Assembly: GCA_038895675.1 (NCBI GenBank)
Contig: JAWANB010000015.1
Coordinates: 1 to 18,036, forward strand
Length of the DNA: 18,036 nt
Origin: Candidatus Iainarchaeum sp.
GTDB lineage: Archaea > Iainarchaeota > Iainarchaeia > Iainarchaeales > Iainarchaeaceae
Direction: 5' to 3'
Positions 16,091 to 18,036 of the stretch are shown piece after piece. A program made the translations under genes and the position numbers. Numbering within the stretch: the stretch's first letter is position 1; each line of letters begins with the position of its first letter. The notes under the pieces were generated by a model. That model saw only the letters and a program-made list of their open reading frames with translations. It was not told the DNA's origin and made no database searches.

Positions 16091-16319
16091 CTACAGCCGG
16101 ACGCATTAGCTACTATGCTAAGGCGGGTATTAAAATAAAGAATTTTGTTAGGTTTATAACCCTTTTTGTTTAAGGGTTTGTAGAAATAATTTTTTAAGGG
16201 CATTCTTTTGTTTGTTTTTTTTAGTTCTTCTCAGTCGTTGTTTTTGTTTATTTTTTATTATCAAGTGTTTTTAGATTTTTTCCAATAAATTTAAGTTTTG
16301 TGTTGTTTATTTATTGTTG

Positions 16320-16820
16320 ATGGCTAATACAATACTCTACTTGATTAATCCTGAGAATTATCTTTCCGGATTATTAAAAATAGTTTCTTCGCTAAAGGGC
16401 GATGTGATTATTTATGTTACTGCTAATAGGTCTTACTATTATTTGAACGATTTTTTCAAGTCTCGTGGCTTTAACATTTCTAAGTTTTTCTTTATTGATT
16501 GCACTGGAACAACTAAAGAAGAAGAGCAAGAGGCTCCAAATTGTATTTTTGTTAATAGCCCTCAAAATTTGACTGAAATAAGCATTGCTATCAATGAGTT
16601 GGCTGAAGGAGTAAAAGGTGAAAAGATTTTATTGTTGGATTCTTTGAGTACTCTGCTTCTTTATAATGATGCTGACGTTATAGGTAAGTTTTCTCACTTT
16701 TTTATAAATAAATTGCATTTATCAGGTATAAGCACCATAATTTTAGCTTTAGAGTCTGATATAGATAAGGACATTATAAGAAGGTTAGAGTCTATGAGTG
16801 ATGAGGTGAATAGAGCATGA
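16320..16820 (+). CDS. Inactivated KaiC/RecA-fold protein (DUF835/DUF7504-like), putative signalling domain
   Basis: IYVTANRSY, FFFIDC, SPQNLTEISIAI, LLLDSLSTLLLYN and MSDEV, with no Walker A. ATG at 16320 (alternative TTG at 16314). Confidence 0.8.
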   Translation: MANTILYLINPENYLSGLLKIVSSLKGDVIIYVTANRSYYYLNDFFKSRGFNISKFFFIDCTGTTKEEEQEAPNCIFVNSPQNLTEISIAINELAEGVKGEKILLLDSLSTLLLYNDADVIGKFSHFFINKLHLSGISTIILALESDIDKDIIRRLESMSDEVNRA

Positions 16821-17218
16821 GTTATTTAGAAATTGCCTTTTCAATAATCGGTTATTTGACTTTTTTGTTGTTGGTTTTAGCCGCTATTTTTTCTTACAAT
16901 TTGTTTAGATTTAACAAAAAAGAGGTTTCTTGGCTTTCAATTTACTTGGCAATGATTTCTTTGTTAATTTTTCAATTCTTTATTTTTGAAGAAACTTATA
17001 AACACGATTTTTTTGGAATTGAGAAAAAACCTCTTTACTACGTTCTTTTTTTGGTTTCAAGTTTCATGCTTGCATGGGGCTTTTGGTCAATGAATAAAAG
17101 CTTTGAAAAGTTCGAAGTTTTTGGAGAAGTTGCAAGAAGAAAAGTAAAAAATTTTTTGGATGGGTTGAATAAAGAAGAAAAACCTTTAAAGACAGAAAAA
17201 TCTAAATTAAGAAAATAG
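16817..17218 (+). CDS. Hypothetical three-TM membrane protein with basic C-terminal tail
   Basis: 133 aa with three hydrophobic helices. ATGA overlap with the upstream gene. Confidence 0.8.
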   Translation: MSYLEIAFSIIGYLTFLLLVLAAIFSYNLFRFNKKEVSWLSIYLAMISLLIFQFFIFEETYKHDFFGIEKKPLYYVLFLVSSFMLAWGFWSMNKSFEKFEVFGEVARRKVKNFLDGLNKEEKPLKTEKSKLRK

Positions 17219-17222
17219 TTTT

Positions 17223-18036
17223 TTACTTGTTTTTGATTTTTTTGTTTTTAGTTGTTTTAGGCCATTTTGGTTTTTGTTCTTCTTTTTTTATTAGACCTTG
17301 ACCGGTTAATGTGAAATAGGTTAGTGGGCAAATAAGGGTTATCCAACAACCTGCTAAAAAGTAAGCTTCTGGTTTAAGGAATTCTATTTGCCCAAGCAAA
17401 GCAAACACTCCTAAACCTATTATTCCATACAACATTTTTCCTATTAAAATCTTTTTTTCAGAGTCATAATTTAATAGTTTCAGTAAAAATGCGCCTAAAA
17501 AGTAGCCAAAGAAGAAGGCAGCAAACCATAATTGTCTAAATACCATTATTACGCCTATACCAAGCATCAAAAAAGAAATAACTCCTGTTTCTTCTAATAC
17601 TCTTTTGCTCGTGATTTCTATTTTTGGAAAATTTTCTTCTATGCCTTTTATTATTCTACCTATCGCAAGGCCTAAGCTTGCTCCAATCAGAACGTCTAAA
17701 AGATAGTGGGCTCCTAAGTAAACCCTTGAAAGCATTACAAAAAACAGCATTAGAAAAAGCCAAGAGTCTTTTTTAAAATTGCTTTTAGAAAAATAAGAGG
17801 TTATACTTCCTGCTATTGTAGAATGCCCAGAAGGCATTGCGTATATTCCTTCATTGTCAAAATTAATTACTCTAAACTCTTCTAAACTTGGTCTTAGCCT
17901 TCCTACCAAAGGTTTTATTACAGAACTCAAAGCAGAAGCAAACAAGATTAAAGTAGTAAGAACAAAAGACTTTTTTTCTTCTCCTTTCCAAAAAAGAAGT
18001 GCTGCGAAAACCATCCACAGAAATGGATTACCTAAC
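17223..18036 (-). CDS. PAP2-family membrane phosphatase (5'-partial)
   Basis: KPLVGRLRP, PSGH and SRVYLGAHYLLDV motifs. The frame stays open to the window edge (LGNPFLW precedes the listed Met), so the true start is probably outside the window. Confidence 0.92.
   Translation of the reverse strand, partial: LGNPFLWMVFAALLFWKGEEKKSFVLTTLILFASALSSVIKPLVGRLRPSLEEFRVINFDNEGIYAMPSGHSTIAGSITSYFSKSNFKKDSWLFLMLFFVMLSRVYLGAHYLLDVLIGASLGLAIGRIIKGIEENFPKIEITSKRVLEETGVISFLMLGIGVIMVFRQLWFAAFFFGYFLGAFLLKLLNYDSEKKILIGKMLYGIIGLGVFALLGQIEFLKPEAYFLAGCWITLICPLTYFTLTGQGLIKKEEQKPKWPKTTKNKKIKNK

Larger units (their letters stand above)
15929..16127 (-). tRNA. tRNA-Tyr(GTA) with a 126-nt intron at canonical position 37/38
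   Basis: 5' exon 16127-16091 (37 nt): CCCGCCT TA GCAT AGTAGCTA ATGC G TCCGG CT GTA G. 3' exon 15964-15929: A CCGGA AGATC CCCGG TGCAAAT CCGGG AGGCGGG A. C1:G72 and A73 are archaeal Tyr identity elements. TTATAAA lies about 26-32 nt upstream. Confidence 0.93.

Noticed and set aside
11077..16127. Integrated provirus or integrative element at tRNA-Thr or tRNA-Tyr
   Set aside because: I found no integrase, no viral genes and no att-like duplication of either tRNA 3' end.
15985..16203. 72-aa minus-strand ORF with a basic KEKEKRRRKRKR stretch
   Set aside because: It overlaps the tRNA-Tyr promoter, 5' exon and intron. The basic run is simply the translated purine tracts.
1..18036. CRISPR array, IS element, rRNA, or an intein in PolB
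   Set aside because: I saw no regularly spaced repeats, transposase or rRNA-like sequence. PolB is normal length with contiguous motifs.

Overview
This is AT-rich archaeal chromosomal DNA. Archaeal-type PolB, type II MetAP, a C1:G72 tRNA-Tyr with a BHB-type intron, tRNAs without encoded CCA, TATA boxes about 25 nt upstream of start codons and tight gene packing point to a DPANN-like lineage (inference). Gene order: partial divergent ORF, polB, a catalytically degenerate HerA/DUF87-like ATPase, tRNA-Leu, map, an acidic coiled-coil protein, tRNA-His with hisS, two small membrane proteins, tRNA-Met, a degenerate RpiA, tRNA-Thr, tRNA-Glu, a CaCA antiporter, a YkgJ-type Cys-cluster protein, tRNA-Thr, a 1553-aa surface-anchored subtilase, an intron-containing tRNA-Tyr, an inactive KaiC/RecA-fold protein with a membrane partner, and a partial PAP2 phosphatase. 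The most notable observations are: (1) a 126-nt tRNA-Tyr intron with a perfect intrastrand-triplex motif and alternative folds that could hide its splice site; (2) PolB with His at the steric-gate Tyr (SLHP); (3) a subtilase possibly tethered through a GAIN-like HF/T autoproteolysis domain, lying as a compositionally distinct gene between two convergent tRNAs; (4) a strand-skew reversal near tRNA-Tyr; (5) several apparent pseudoenzymes. All calls are by eye; no searches or folding programs were run.
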